This document shows positions 9,378 through 18,955 of a DNA stretch of 64,000 nt, piece after piece. The notes under the pieces are model-generated. The model worked only from the letters and a program-made list of their open reading frames with translations. It was not told the DNA's origin and did no database searches. Position numbers and translations under genes: made by a program. This stretch comes from an uncultured Opitutia bacterium (lineage in GTDB: Bacteria > Verrucomicrobiota > Verrucomicrobiia > Opitutales > Opitutaceae): the NCBI GenBank assembly GCA_903896015.1, contig CAITWF010000098.1, positions 1 to 64,000 on the forward strand. Direction: 5' to 3'. Numbering within the stretch: the first letter of the stretch is position 1; each line of letters opens with the position of its first letter.

Positions 9378-11378
9378 TCAAGCCGCCGCCGATTCAGCCG
9401 CCGCACTCTCCACGGACTTTTCTTCGCCAACCCGAATCGGGAGAACGACCAGCGGGAGACTCGCCAGATAGAACCGACGCTGCAGCGCAAACGCGGTGTA
9501 GTTGTGCAGCAGCCGCGTCAAAATCGTTTCGTTCGTGAAGAGGAGCTGGCCAGCGAAGAAGACGTGGTTCGGGAACGTTTCCGCCGCCTGATGGGCCAGC
9601 TTGAGAACTTCGCCGGTCACGTCGTGTCCAATCGCCGTGTAGGTGGCTGCGCCGTAGCCGTGGGCGCGCGCCCACGCCGCGTAACGCTCGGCCCCCTCCT
9701 GCGCATGGCCGCGCAGCGCCTCCAGTTCGGCGCTGCCCTTGAAATTGCCGGCGTCGACCGTGCCAATTTGGAGGAAGACGAAATTACGGAACGTGTTTCC
9801 GAACATCCGCGGCACATGCAGGCAGGTGTGCAGACCGAGGCCGTTGTAACCGTTGACCAGAATGATCGCCGTGCGTGCCCGGCGGTCCGGTTCGGCAGCG
9901 GCCGGCCGGCGCGACGTCGTCTCGACCTCCGCCGCGGCGACGATGCCATCGAGTCGGTTGAGCTGTGCACCAACGTTGCGGTAGTGCTGTTTCACCGCGA
10001 ACGCGATCGCCACGAGCACACCCGTCACAACGAGCGTGACCCAGCCGCCCTCGAAAAATTTCACGGCCGTCAGCGAGATCAGGATGAAGGTCGTCAGCGC
10101 GAGGCCGAAGCCGTTGATCGCGAGCTTGCGCAGCCATTGTGGCTCGGTGCGTCGCTCCTGCCACCAATGCACCACCATGCCGAGCTGCGAGAGCGAGAAC
10201 GTGATGAAAACATTGATCGAGTAGAGCACGACGAGCGTATCGACGGAGCCGCGCGTAAACCACATCATGACCGCGGCGGCGACGCCCATGAGCACGATGC
10301 CATTTTCGGTCACGAGGCGATCGCTGAGATTGGCAAAGCGCGTCGGAAACCAGCGATCGATCGCCATGTTGGCGAGCACGCGCGGGCCGTCGAGAAAGCC
10401 CGTCTGCGCGGCAATCAGCAGGAGCACGGCCTCGGAAGCCAGGAACGCGAATAGGAAGCCCGTGCCGACCGAGTGCGGCCAGCCCGCGACGAGTTGCTCG
10501 CACAACACGGCGTTGAGCGTCTTGCCCTCGACCGGCTTGACCGCGTAAAGCAGGTAGACAACCAGCAGGCCCGCCACCGTGATCGCGAGCGAAGCGCCCA
10601 TGTAAACCATCGTCCGCTTGCCGGTCGCGACGCGCGGTTCGCGCAGAATCGGCAGGCCGTTGCTCACCGCCTCGATTCCCGTATAGGTGCCCGCACCCAT
10701 GCTGTAGGCCCGCAGCAGCAGCGCGAGCATTCCGAACACCCCGATCTGCGACGATACGGTGTGCACTTCCTGCACCGTCGCCGTCACCGCCCCGCCGAGG
10801 CCGGCGCCATGCGTTATGATTCCGTAGATGATCGCGAACGCATGCGTGACGACAAAGAGAAAAAAGATCGGGACCCACAGCATCACTGACTCCTTCACGC
10901 CCCGGAGGTTCATGAACGTGAGCCCGGCCACACCCGCGAAAGCAAACGCCAGCTTCCAAGTCAGCCAACCCGCCGGCAGGAGGCTGAAGAGCGCATCAGC
11001 GCCACTCGCCACCGAAATTGTGATAGTCAGCACATAGTCGATCAGGAGCGCGCTGCCGGAGACAACGCCGGCGGCCGGCGAGAGCAGCTTGCTCGCGACG
11101 AGGTAGCCGCCGCCGCCCGTGGGAAACAGCGAAATAATCTGCGAGTAGCTGGCGCAGATCGCGACGATCGTCACGACCGATGCGAGCGCGACAAAGATAC
11201 TGAGGTGAGTGCTGCCGCCGAGGGCCTTAAACGTTTCCTCCGGTCCGTAGCAGGAAGACGACAGACCGTCCGCACCAAGGCCCACCCACGCGAATACCGC
11301 GATGAGCGAGACCTTGTGAAACAAGTTCTGCTCGCTGAGCGAGCGAGCACGGCCGAAGAGCAGCGATTTGATCGACAT
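9378..11378 (-). CDS. kimA: KimA-family (APC superfamily) K+/H+ symporter with C-terminal cytoplasmic domain
   Basis: Strong motif-level match to B. subtilis KimA/YdaO: SIKSLLFG vs SIKRFLIG; DGLSSSCYGPEE vs DALSSVAYGTEQ; YSQIISLFPTGGGGYLVASK vs YRQIIYAYPQGGGAYIVSKE; LLIDYVLTITISVASGADA vs LLVDYILTVAVSISAGTDA; NLRGVKES vs NLRGLSES. Start trimmed to MSIKS. Confidence 0.8.
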   Translation of the reverse strand: MSIKSLLFGRARSLSEQNLFHKVSLIAVFAWVGLGADGLSSSCYGPEETFKALGGSTHLSIFVALASVVTIVAICASYSQIISLFPTGGGGYLVASKLLSPAAGVVSGSALLIDYVLTITISVASGADALFSLLPAGWLTWKLAFAFAGVAGLTFMNLRGVKESVMLWVPIFFLFVVTHAFAIIYGIITHGAGLGGAVTATVQEVHTVSSQIGVFGMLALLLRAYSMGAGTYTGIEAVSNGLPILREPRVATGKRTMVYMGASLAITVAGLLVVYLLYAVKPVEGKTLNAVLCEQLVAGWPHSVGTGFLFAFLASEAVLLLIAAQTGFLDGPRVLANMAIDRWFPTRFANLSDRLVTENGIVLMGVAAAVMMWFTRGSVDTLVVLYSINVFITFSLSQLGMVVHWWQERRTEPQWLRKLAINGFGLALTTFILISLTAVKFFEGGWVTLVVTGVLVAIAFAVKQHYRNVGAQLNRLDGIVAAAEVETTSRRPAAAEPDRRARTAIILVNGYNGLGLHTCLHVPRMFGNTFRNFVFLQIGTVDAGNFKGSAELEALRGHAQEGAERYAAWARAHGYGAATYTAIGHDVTGEVLKLAHQAAETFPNHVFFAGQLLFTNETILTRLLHNYTAFALQRRFYLASLPLVVLPIRVGEEKSVESAAAESAAA

Positions 11379-11476
11379 GACAGGAAAAGGAGGAAACCAC
11401 GCACCACCGCGAGGTTGCGGCGTCACGATCACGAACCGCGAGCATAGCACAAAAGCGCACTAAGAACCCGTTAAGC

Positions 11477-11493
11477 CATGGGCCAAACCCATG
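11477..11493. promoter_or_regulatory. Perfect palindrome CATGGG-N5-CCCATG in an AT-rich tract of the kimA upstream region
   Basis: 6-bp arms with 5-bp spacer, embedded in an unusually AT-rich ~60-nt stretch between the SPFH gene terminator hairpin and the kimA start. Candidate operator. Confidence 0.3.
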
Positions 11494-11524
11494 AACAAAA
11501 TATATACGGTCAGCCGACACGAAG

Positions 11525-11564
11525 GCCGTCGCTCGCGGGCCCAGAGGGAGTCGCGAGCGACGGC
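11525..11564 (-). terminator. 13-bp perfect stem-loop (GCCGTCGCTCGCG ... CGCGAGCGACGGC), 23 nt after the SPFH gene stop
   Basis: Seen directly. No clean T-run follows, so it may be a terminator for the SPFH gene or a 5' leader structure of kimA. Confidence 0.45.
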
Positions 11565-11586
11565 GGTTAGCGCTTGGGCCAAGAAA

Positions 11587-13524
11587 CTACGCGGCGCGCT
11601 TTTCGTTTTTCTCGCGCGCAACGAGTGCGAGCATCGAGTCGAGCAGGCCGTTGCCCCCCTGCGCGCCGGTGACGGACACGTCGGGCACGATGCGGATATT
11701 TTTCTCCGCAAGCGTCTGTGTGAGCTGCATCAGCGTATAGTTCGTGCCACCGAGCGACTCGACACCTGCCCGATAGGCTTCGGCTTTTGCGTTACCCGTC
11801 GCGCGAATCGCATCGGCCTCACCGAGTGCGCGGAGCTTCGTCGATTCCGCCTCGCCGCTCGCCTGCTTGATCGCGGACTGCGCGTGGAGATCGGCGATGC
11901 GCACACCCTGGTCAGCGTCGACCATTTGCTGCTGGATATTCGCAAGCGCAGTGGCCTTCACCAGTTCCTGACGCTGGCGCTGCGCAGCCTCCTGGATCTC
12001 GTAGGTTTTTCTTTCCTCCTCCGCGATTTTGCGATCGGTCTGGGTTTTCATCAGCTCAGTCGGCGGTGTGATGTCGCCGATGAGGGTGTCGATCGCCTGC
12101 ACATCGTAAGCAGAGAGTGCAGTGCGGATGTGCGCCGCGGCCTCGACCTGGCGATCGCTGCGGGCGTTCAGGAAATCGAGCACGGTGTGATGTTGCGCGG
12201 AATTGCGGAAATAATTCCCCACAATCGGCTGCAGGGCGTGGTCGACGAGGTTCTGCATCGAACCGATCCGCGAGATCACCTTTGGGGCATCGAGCGCACC
12301 GACGTGGATGATCTGTGCGACATCGAGGTTGAACGCGAAACCGTCCTTCGAGCGTACGGTGATCGACGAGAGTTTTTCGTCGTAGCGGTGCGCTTCCGTG
12401 CGGTTGGCCCAGTTGAGGACGATGTTCGTCGTGGGGACGAGTTCGACGCGCATGACGCGCGTATTGATCGGGTGCTTGCCCGGATAGAGCGGCGCGACCC
12501 AAACGCCCTTGTGGCCGACGTTGACGAGGTCGCCATGCTTGAACGCCGCGCCGCTCACATCCTCGTGCGCGAGCCCGACGAACGAAATCACGACCCCCAC
12601 CGATCCAATGGGAATGTTGAGCATCGGCACCTGCTCGACCGCTACGAACCACGGATTCAAATTCCACGCGCCGCTGAGGAGCACCTGCTCCTGCAAGCCG
12701 CGCCGGCCACCGCCGGCTAGAAACGCCTGCGCGTGCTGGAAGTTGTCGTGATCGTGCACGAGGCCGCCGGCGATGTCGCCCGATTCGATCGGGCGGCCGT
12801 CGAGCGTCGTGACTATGCCAACCATATCCGAGGCGATTTGCGTCACGAGCAATTGCTTCGGCGCCATCCCGTGCTCGGTGGCGAGGTCGGCCGTGATGAT
12901 CGTGAAAAGCGCCGGGTTGATCCGATATGTGCCAGCAGTGAGGAGGCCGAGCTGGCGACCTTTCTCGCCACCCGCAGTGAGAAACGCGCGGGCGTTTTGA
13001 AAATTGTCGCAAGCGACAACCTTCGCGAGGAGGCGCTCCGCGGGAATCGGAGCGCCCGCCGCGGCCACGACGCACGCGATCTCCCCCTGCGGCACGATGG
13101 TCATCGGCACTTTCGCGACGCGGAATTGCCAGAAGCCGTAGCCGAAGTGCACTCCCGGCGGCAGCGTGTCGGCTTGGTAACCGGCCTCGCCGTCGAGCGC
13201 GATGAGCTCACCCGCGGGCAATGAACGCGCCGCAAATTTTTTGATCACTACGCCGACTTGATTCTCGCGAATCACGACGACGCCGAGCAGCAGCGGTGCG
13301 AACACGAGGGCGAACCCCGCGAGGATCGCGCGATCGATCCAGCCGTCCGCCGCGATCACCCCGCCGCCAAGCGCGAGCGCAGCGGCGGAACCGAGCGCGA
13401 CGCGCAGGGCGAGTTGCCGGGATTGGAGGGGGAGACCCGCGAGCACCAGGCCCGCGCCGACGAGGAGCAGGTGCGCGCAAAGCGCACCCGCGGTGGCGAG
13501 TGTTGAAGCGAACGTAGTGTTCAT
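11587..13524 (-). CDS. Flotillin-like SPFH/band-7 membrane protein (YqiK/FloA-like, ~646 aa)
   Basis: N-terminal multi-TM region, central SPFH domain, long C-terminal Ala/Glu/Gln-rich coiled coil. Start trimmed from the 712-aa ORF to MNTTF (ATG at 13524). Confidence 0.8.
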   Translation of the reverse strand: MNTTFASTLATAGALCAHLLLVGAGLVLAGLPLQSRQLALRVALGSAAALALGGGVIAADGWIDRAILAGFALVFAPLLLGVVVIRENQVGVVIKKFAARSLPAGELIALDGEAGYQADTLPPGVHFGYGFWQFRVAKVPMTIVPQGEIACVVAAAGAPIPAERLLAKVVACDNFQNARAFLTAGGEKGRQLGLLTAGTYRINPALFTIITADLATEHGMAPKQLLVTQIASDMVGIVTTLDGRPIESGDIAGGLVHDHDNFQHAQAFLAGGGRRGLQEQVLLSGAWNLNPWFVAVEQVPMLNIPIGSVGVVISFVGLAHEDVSGAAFKHGDLVNVGHKGVWVAPLYPGKHPINTRVMRVELVPTTNIVLNWANRTEAHRYDEKLSSITVRSKDGFAFNLDVAQIIHVGALDAPKVISRIGSMQNLVDHALQPIVGNYFRNSAQHHTVLDFLNARSDRQVEAAAHIRTALSAYDVQAIDTLIGDITPPTELMKTQTDRKIAEEERKTYEIQEAAQRQRQELVKATALANIQQQMVDADQGVRIADLHAQSAIKQASGEAESTKLRALGEADAIRATGNAKAEAYRAGVESLGGTNYTLMQLTQTLAEKNIRIVPDVSVTGAQGGNGLLDSMLALVAREKNEKRAA

Positions 13525-13990
13525 GGGGTTTGACTCCGAAATGCACCAGCCGCGCGCGGCTGTTCGTCGCGTGCGGGCACAATGCGGCTGCGTGGGAGCG
13601 ACCGTGACGCGCCTGCCCAAGCGGGCGCGCATTGGATCACCCTTCCCATTGCCGACGAGGTTAGCTGACGGGCTCGGTCCTAGGAAGTGACCTTGGCCGC
13701 AGTTGCCTGCGACCGTGCGCCCCATCCGTGGAATTTCTTCCGCGGGATTTGGTTCCCCCGTGCCAGCTACCGAGGAAGCGGTGGTGGCTTAGGCGTGTAA
13801 GTCCAAAGAACGGCGCCACAATGCAATCGCGCGCCGCGCGATCAAGTTTCCCGACACCCTAGCCCGCGCAACTCGCGGCGCCTCGGCCGGATGGCGGTTT
13901 TTTTGCGCGGGGGCGGGCGCAGACCGCCACGGAGCGGACTTGCGCACAGGCGGGGCGGACCCTTAAGTCCCGGGGCGGCAAACGCCCCTC

Positions 13991-14413
13991 GTGACTCCTC
14001 CCAAGAAACTTCTGTTGATCGACGATGATCCGCTGGCCGCCCAGCTCATGGACATGCTCGTCGGAAAATTTTCCGAGCACTATGGCTTGGATCATTCACC
14101 GGACTATGCAGGGGGACTCGCGCGGCTGCTCGCCGGCAACCATGCTCTCTGTCTGCTCGACTACCGGATGGGCGATGGCGACGGCCTGCAGCTTTTGCGC
14201 GAAGCGAAAGCAAAGAACTGCCCCACTCCGGTGATCCTGCTCACGGGCGACACGCGCGAGGAAACCGATCTCGCCGCGATGGAGAGCGGCGCGGCAGATT
14301 TTATCATCAAACGCGATCTCAAGCCGGAAACGCTGGAGCGGGCGATCGCTTATGCGATCACCACGGCCGAAGCGCGGAACCGGCTGATCGCTGCGGCGAA
14401 GAAACCCGGCTGA
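13991..14413 (+). CDS. Stand-alone response-regulator receiver domain protein (140 aa)
   Basis: LLIDDD...LLDYRMGDGDG...ILLTG...K receiver signature. No output domain. Confidence 0.8.
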   Translation: MTPPKKLLLIDDDPLAAQLMDMLVGKFSEHYGLDHSPDYAGGLARLLAGNHALCLLDYRMGDGDGLQLLREAKAKNCPTPVILLTGDTREETDLAAMESGAADFIIKRDLKPETLERAIAYAITTAEARNRLIAAAKKPG

Positions 14414-14414
14414 C

Positions 14415-14430
14415 GCGCCGCCGGCGGCGC
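14415..14430. terminator. Perfect 16-bp GC palindrome (GCGCCGCCGGCGGCGC) between the convergent receiver gene and fliC
   Basis: Seen directly. Lies in the 43-nt gap between two convergent stop codons. Candidate bidirectional terminator. Confidence 0.45.
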
Positions 14431-14456
14431 GCCGCGCCTATCGGAGGCGACGAGGT

Positions 14457-15338
14457 TCAGCGTTGGAGCAGCTTGAGCACGCTCTGTGGGTCCTGATTCG
14501 CCTGCGCAAGCATCGCGGTGCCGGACTGGACGAGGATGTTGTATTTCGCCATCTGGGTGGATTCCTGCGCCACATCGACATCGCTGATGCGTGAAACCGT
14601 CGACGAAAGGTTCTGCTGTTCGACCTCAAGCGAGGTGGCAGCGAGGTTGAGGCGGGATTGCGCGGCGCCGAGGGTCGCACGTTCGGTGCCGAGTTGCTGC
14701 AGGCTGTCAGAGACGACGGCGGTCGCGCCCGCGGAGGTCGCCGAGGTCGAGTAGGCCCCGGTCGAGTCCTGTTGGATCAACGCGAGCATCGAACCCGTGC
14801 GCAAGTTGAGATCGGGAACGGTCATCTGTTGTTCGGCCGAGCCCCCCACATCGAGGGTGATTCCCCCGGCGGTGGTCGAGCCAAAGAGCGTGACGCCGTT
14901 GAAGCTGCCGAGCGGCGAGCTGACACCCGTCGTACCGCCGATCTCGGCGGTGCTCCCGCCAATGGTTGCGCGGAGCTGATCCTGCAAGGCCTTGAATTCC
15001 TGCTGGTAGTTCGCGACGTCGGATGGAGTTTTCGTGGAGTCCTCGCTGAGCGTGGTGAGCTGGCCCATGCGATTTAGGATGGTGCTCATGCTGCCGAGGA
15101 AGCTGTCGGCCGTCTGCGTGTAGGAGAGCGCGTTCTGCACGTTTGTGCTGGCCGCGTTCAGACGCAGGTTCTGCGCGCTGAGCTTGCCAGCAACGGCGAG
15201 CCCCGCGGGGTCATCGCCAGGACTGACAATCTTGGAGCCGGAGGACAGGCGGTTAAGCGACTGGCCGAGGAGATCCTGGTTGCGGTCGAGGTAGAGGGCG
15301 GAGGTGAGGGCGGAGACGTTGGTATTGATGGTGCTCAC
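14457..15338 (-). CDS. fliC: Flagellin (293 aa, short Bacillus Hag-like form without a large variable domain)
   Basis: N-terminus [10 protein letters not shown]...LSSGSKI....DDPAGLA. C-terminus ...[34 protein letters not shown] start overlapping the csrA stop. Confidence 0.92.
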   Translation of the reverse strand: MSTINTNVSALTSALYLDRNQDLLGQSLNRLSSGSKIVSPGDDPAGLAVAGKLSAQNLRLNAASTNVQNALSYTQTADSFLGSMSTILNRMGQLTTLSEDSTKTPSDVANYQQEFKALQDQLRATIGGSTAEIGGTTGVSSPLGSFNGVTLFGSTTAGGITLDVGGSAEQQMTVPDLNLRTGSMLALIQQDSTGAYSTSATSAGATAVVSDSLQQLGTERATLGAAQSRLNLAATSLEVEQQNLSSTVSRISDVDVAQESTQMAKYNILVQSGTAMLAQANQDPQSVLKLLQR

Positions 15339-15601
15339 GGGCGGGAGGTGTTAAGGGTGGAGGGCGAGGCCGGCGCGGAACGCGGCGGCAGCACCGGGAG
15401 TGCGCCCGGCTTGGCGTGGTGCACCGCGGCGGCTTGGTTGCTCGCAGCGATGGCGGAAAGAACTTCCTTGCGGAAGATCGCGATGTCGCGCGGGGCTTCG
15501 ATGCCGATCTTCACCACGTCGCCTTCGATGCGGGTGATGCGGATCTCGATCGAATCGCCGATGACGATCGCCTCGTTGATTTTGCGGGAGAGGACGAGCA
15601 T
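15335..15601 (-). CDS. csrA: CsrA carbon storage regulator homolog (88 aa, C-terminally extended)
   Basis: [43 protein letters not shown] signature. Sits between fliW and fliC. Confidence 0.85.
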   Translation of the reverse strand: MLVLSRKINEAIVIGDSIEIRITRIEGDVVKIGIEAPRDIAIFRKEVLSAIAASNQAAAVHHAKPGALPVLPPRSAPASPSTLNTSRP

Positions 15602-15611
15602 GGCGGGGAGC

Positions 15612-16079
15612 TCAGGCGATGCGGAGCGCGGCAGGAGCCTGCGGGTTTTCGACGAGGGCGTGGTGCGCGCTGTAGCGCGAGTAGTTGGAAATGACGAGCT
15701 GGCGCCCGAGGCGGGTGCGGCGGTTGACGATGATCGGGCCGATGAGGTTGGCGGTGGCTTCGACGGGGTTCTGGCGTTTGAGGGTAACGACGTTGAGGAC
15801 CATCGCCTCGCCAGCGTTGCGGAGGTCGAGGCCATCGGCGTCCTCATCAAAAATTTCCGGCTCGTAGCCGGGGACGATCCCGCCGGGCTCAATCACGATG
15901 AAGTGGATGTGATCGACGGGACCGTGGAGTTTCATCCAGAGGAAAGGGAGGTGATCGGGGAGATAGAGAAGTTCGGCGCGCTTGTAGGCGCCGAAGCCGA
16001 TGATGCCGTGCGGGAGGAGGATTTCGTTGGCCGGCGGCGTGTCGATGTCGGTGGGGAGGAGTTCGGGCAGGACTTTCAT
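15612..16079 (-). CDS. fliW: FliW flagellar assembly factor / CsrA antagonist
   Basis: 155 aa, GIIGFG...[17 protein letters not shown] motifs. Conserved fliW-csrA-flagellin synteny. Confidence 0.85.
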   Translation of the reverse strand: MKVLPELLPTDIDTPPANEILLPHGIIGFGAYKRAELLYLPDHLPFLWMKLHGPVDHIHFIVIEPGGIVPGYEPEIFDEDADGLDLRNAGEAMVLNVVTLKRQNPVEATANLIGPIIVNRRTRLGRQLVISNYSRYSAHHALVENPQAPAALRIA

Positions 16080-16098
16080 TAGGACGGGAGTTTGAGTG

Positions 16099-16995
16099 TT
16101 ATTTCAAGTAATTGAGAATGGAGAGCTGCATGACGTTAACGGCAGATTGGAGTGCGGCTTGGTAAGCGGTCTGGGCCTGGCTGAGCTTGACGACGGTGCT
16201 CGGTAGATCGGCATCCACTTTCGAAGAGAGGACGGACTGCAAGTTGGTGGTCGCACTTTTTTGCAGCGTCTGGGCGGCTTGAATCCGAGTTTGCACTCCG
16301 CCGTTGGTGCCAATCGCGGAGACAATCATGTCTTCGCTGGAGGAGAGACCGGACTGGGTGTTCGAAACCGTCGAGGTATTACCACTGTTCAGCGCGTCGC
16401 GCAGCGCGACGAGGTTATTGATGAAGTCTGCCATCCCGGAGTTGGTCGCACCGTCGGTCGAAGGCGTGATGCTCGTCGAATTCGAAAGCGGAATGGCCGC
16501 TTGGGACTGGTCGCCGACGTAGGCGACTCCGGTAATCTGGCCGTTCGCGTCGCGCTTGACGCTGAAAGGCGGCGTCGCCACCGCCGTGCCGCCGTAAATA
16601 TAGGAACCGCTGAAATTCGTGTTGGCGGTTTGCACGGCCTGCTCGATCAGCTGGTTTGTCTCGGTGCCGTAGGCGGACATCGCCGAAGCTCCCAGCGTGC
16701 CGGTGCCGAGCGTCGCGAGCTGGCCCGCCCGATCGGAAATGGACTTCAGCCCTTGCAGGCCGGTGTAGGACGTCTGCGCGAGCGTGAGCGCCTGCGTCGC
16801 GTTTTGGCCGTATTGCTGGACTTCGTGCAACTGGCTCTCGACGTCGAGGGCGCTCGCCATCGCCGCGGGATCATCCTCGGGGTTGGTGATCCGCTGTCCG
16901 GTGGAAACCTGCGCCTGGAGGCTTGCCTGCTGGCTGCTGAGGCGATCAATTTGGCGGACGATGGTGTCTGAGACGGTGTTGCTGGCGACGCGCAT
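16099..16995 (-). CDS. flgL: FlgL hook-associated protein 3
   Basis: Flagellin-like N and C termini (RISSG...; ...AQTAYQAALQSAVNVMQLSILNYL). Position after flgK. Confidence 0.85.
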   Translation of the reverse strand: MRVASNTVSDTIVRQIDRLSSQQASLQAQVSTGQRITNPEDDPAAMASALDVESQLHEVQQYGQNATQALTLAQTSYTGLQGLKSISDRAGQLATLGTGTLGASAMSAYGTETNQLIEQAVQTANTNFSGSYIYGGTAVATPPFSVKRDANGQITGVAYVGDQSQAAIPLSNSTSITPSTDGATNSGMADFINNLVALRDALNSGNTSTVSNTQSGLSSSEDMIVSAIGTNGGVQTRIQAAQTLQKSATTNLQSVLSSKVDADLPSTVVKLSQAQTAYQAALQSAVNVMQLSILNYLK

Positions 16996-17015
16996 GGGGA
17001 TCGGGTTGAAAAGGT

Positions 17016-18425
17016 TCAGGCTCCGAGCTTGTTGACGACGGTATCGAGCAGATCGTCGATCGTGGTGAACACGCGCGAGGAGGCTTGGAACGCGCGCTGG
17101 TATTTCAGGAGGTTGGCCATCTCCTCATCGAGCGAGACACCACTCACGGCATCGCGCTGCGACGTGACGAGATTCTGGATGTTGGTCTGGTCGGCGACTT
17201 GGCTGTTCACCACCGAGAGCGTCTGGCCAAACCCACTGACCGCATTCGCATAGGAACCGCTGAAAGTGCCGTCGATCGCGTCGCCGTTGCCCGTCGAGAA
17301 ATTCTTCGAGGCGAGCCGCGCCACCGCGATGGCCACCGAGTTGTCCCCCGCGGCGCCGCCGTCGCTGGCCTTGAGGTTGCCGGTGGTCAGGCCCACGGCG
17401 CTACTGATGGTGCCGGCCGTCGTGTTGGATGCGGTGAAAAAGTCGCCCGTCGTTCCGGTGGGATTGTATACAGCGTTAACCGAGGTGACCAGTTGCTGCG
17501 CCAGCGAGTCGAGATTGCTGCGCAGCGTCTGCACGCCACCGTCACGTGCGGTCAAGGCGCCTTGGATCGACCCGGACTTGAGCGCCAGCACGGTCGAAGG
17601 TGAACCAGCGGAAATCTGCGTGCCGTCGAACGTCACCGAGCCGGTGACACTCGCAAGCGAGACGAGCGTGACGGGATTGCCGCTGGCATCCGTCGCCGTG
17701 ACCTTGTCCTGCCCGCTCGCATCCTCGGTGACGGAGACGGGCATTTTGGTCGCGAGTTGTTCGAGCGCGGCTTCGCGCTGGTCGCGCAGGTCCACCGCAG
17801 AGCCGGGGTTGTTGATCTCGAAGCGCGCGATCTGCCCGTTGAGGTTCGCCACCTGCGAGAGCAGGTTGTTCACCGTCGAGACATCGCTCGCGATCTGAGT
17901 ATTCAAGCCGCTCTGCACCTGGACGAGGTTCTGATCGGCTCCGTTCAACCGGTCAGTGAGGACAGAGGCGGCGCCTAGCAGGGCCTGGCGTTGACTCGTG
18001 TCGGTGGGGCTGCCGGCGAAGCTCTGAAACGCATTAAAAAATCCGTCGATCGCTGCGGCGATGCCACCGTCCGACGAGGCCGTCGTGCTGCTGGCGGCCG
18101 CGCTGCTCACGGTCTGGCCTAGACCGGCCTGGGCTTGTTGATAGGCGCTTTGCTGCGTTTGGTAGAATGCCGCCTGCGAATTTTCATTGCGCACCTGGGC
18201 GTCGAGCACGGCGCTGCGCAGTTGGGTGACGCCGAGCGCCTGCAAACCCATGCTCTCGGGCCCGGTCGGGGTCTGCACCGTGCCGAGATCACCAAAGGAG
18301 ACTGTTTGGCGGGCGTAATTCGGGTTGTTGACGTTCGCCAGATTTTTACCCGCGGTGTCAACGGCAAGGCTCTGCGCGGAGAGCGCGCTAACCGTGGAAG
18401 AGAGACTGGCGAATAATCCGGACAC
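17016..18425 (-). CDS. flgK: FlgK hook-associated protein 1 (~469 aa from a GTG start)
   Basis: MSGLFASLSSTVSALSAQ...ANVNNPNYARQ N-terminus and a C-terminal rod/hook helix. Start trimmed from the 596-aa ORF because the upstream part would overlap flgN. Confidence 0.85.
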   Translation of the reverse strand: MSGLFASLSSTVSALSAQSLAVDTAGKNLANVNNPNYARQTVSFGDLGTVQTPTGPESMGLQALGVTQLRSAVLDAQVRNENSQAAFYQTQQSAYQQAQAGLGQTVSSAAASSTTASSDGGIAAAIDGFFNAFQSFAGSPTDTSQRQALLGAASVLTDRLNGADQNLVQVQSGLNTQIASDVSTVNNLLSQVANLNGQIARFEINNPGSAVDLRDQREAALEQLATKMPVSVTEDASGQDKVTATDASGNPVTLVSLASVTGSVTFDGTQISAGSPSTVLALKSGSIQGALTARDGGVQTLRSNLDSLAQQLVTSVNAVYNPTGTTGDFFTASNTTAGTISSAVGLTTGNLKASDGGAAGDNSVAIAVARLASKNFSTGNGDAIDGTFSGSYANAVSGFGQTLSVVNSQVADQTNIQNLVTSQRDAVSGVSLDEEMANLLKYQRAFQASSRVFTTIDDLLDTVVNKLGA

Positions 18426-18454
18426 GGGAGGAAGGAGGGAAAAGTGGCGTGGAC

Positions 18455-18955
18455 TCAGCCCGCGGCGCGCAAGGTCGAGGGCGCGCGCGTCGAGAAGATG
18501 GTGACGCGACCGGCGGCCGAGTAAGTTTTGGTGAACGCGTTGGGTCGGAGTTGCTGGAGCACATCCTGGTGCACCTCGACGGCGCGGGAGAGGAGCGTGT
18601 GATTGTGGCGGCTCGTGCGGCGGACGCGGTGGAGAAGCGCGTTGACCTCGTTGATCAAGGCTTCGAGGAGCGGTCGCGCCTCGGACTCGATTAACGGAAG
18701 CAGCGAGCGGAGCGTGGACGTGGCGGGGCGGTTTTGCGCGACGGCAAACGCCGCCACGGCCTGCTCGCGGCGATCGCGGCACTCGGCGAGCGCGGCGGCC
18801 TGACACTCGATCTGTGCGGCGCAGTCGAGGACGGCGTCGGGGTTGCGATCAAAGAGCGCGCGTTGCTGCGCCTCGAAGAGATGAAGGAGGCCGCCGTAAT
18901 CGGCGAGTTCCTGGCGGAGGGATTCCGCGATGAATTCCCAATGGGTCGTGGTCAT
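18455..18955 (-). CDS. flgN: FlgN-like export chaperone for FlgK/FlgL
   Basis: 166-aa helical protein immediately upstream of flgK, with FlgN-like heptad pattern. Assigned by position and composition. Confidence 0.5.
   Translation of the reverse strand: MTTTHWEFIAESLRQELADYGGLLHLFEAQQRALFDRNPDAVLDCAAQIECQAAALAECRDRREQAVAAFAVAQNRPATSTLRSLLPLIESEARPLLEALINEVNALLHRVRRTSRHNHTLLSRAVEVHQDVLQQLRPNAFTKTYSAAGRVTIFSTRAPSTLRAAG

Noticed and set aside
11379-11400. Plus-strand AAAGGAGG Shine-Dalgarno-like motif
   Set aside because: No downstream plus-strand start codon or ORF. It lies in the kimA leader on the opposite strand. Likely coincidental.
13525-13725. 68-aa N-terminal extension of the SPFH protein ORF
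   Set aside because: Low-complexity Arg/Gly/Pro-rich with no TM. The ATG at 13524 begins the hydrophobic N-terminus expected for a flotillin.
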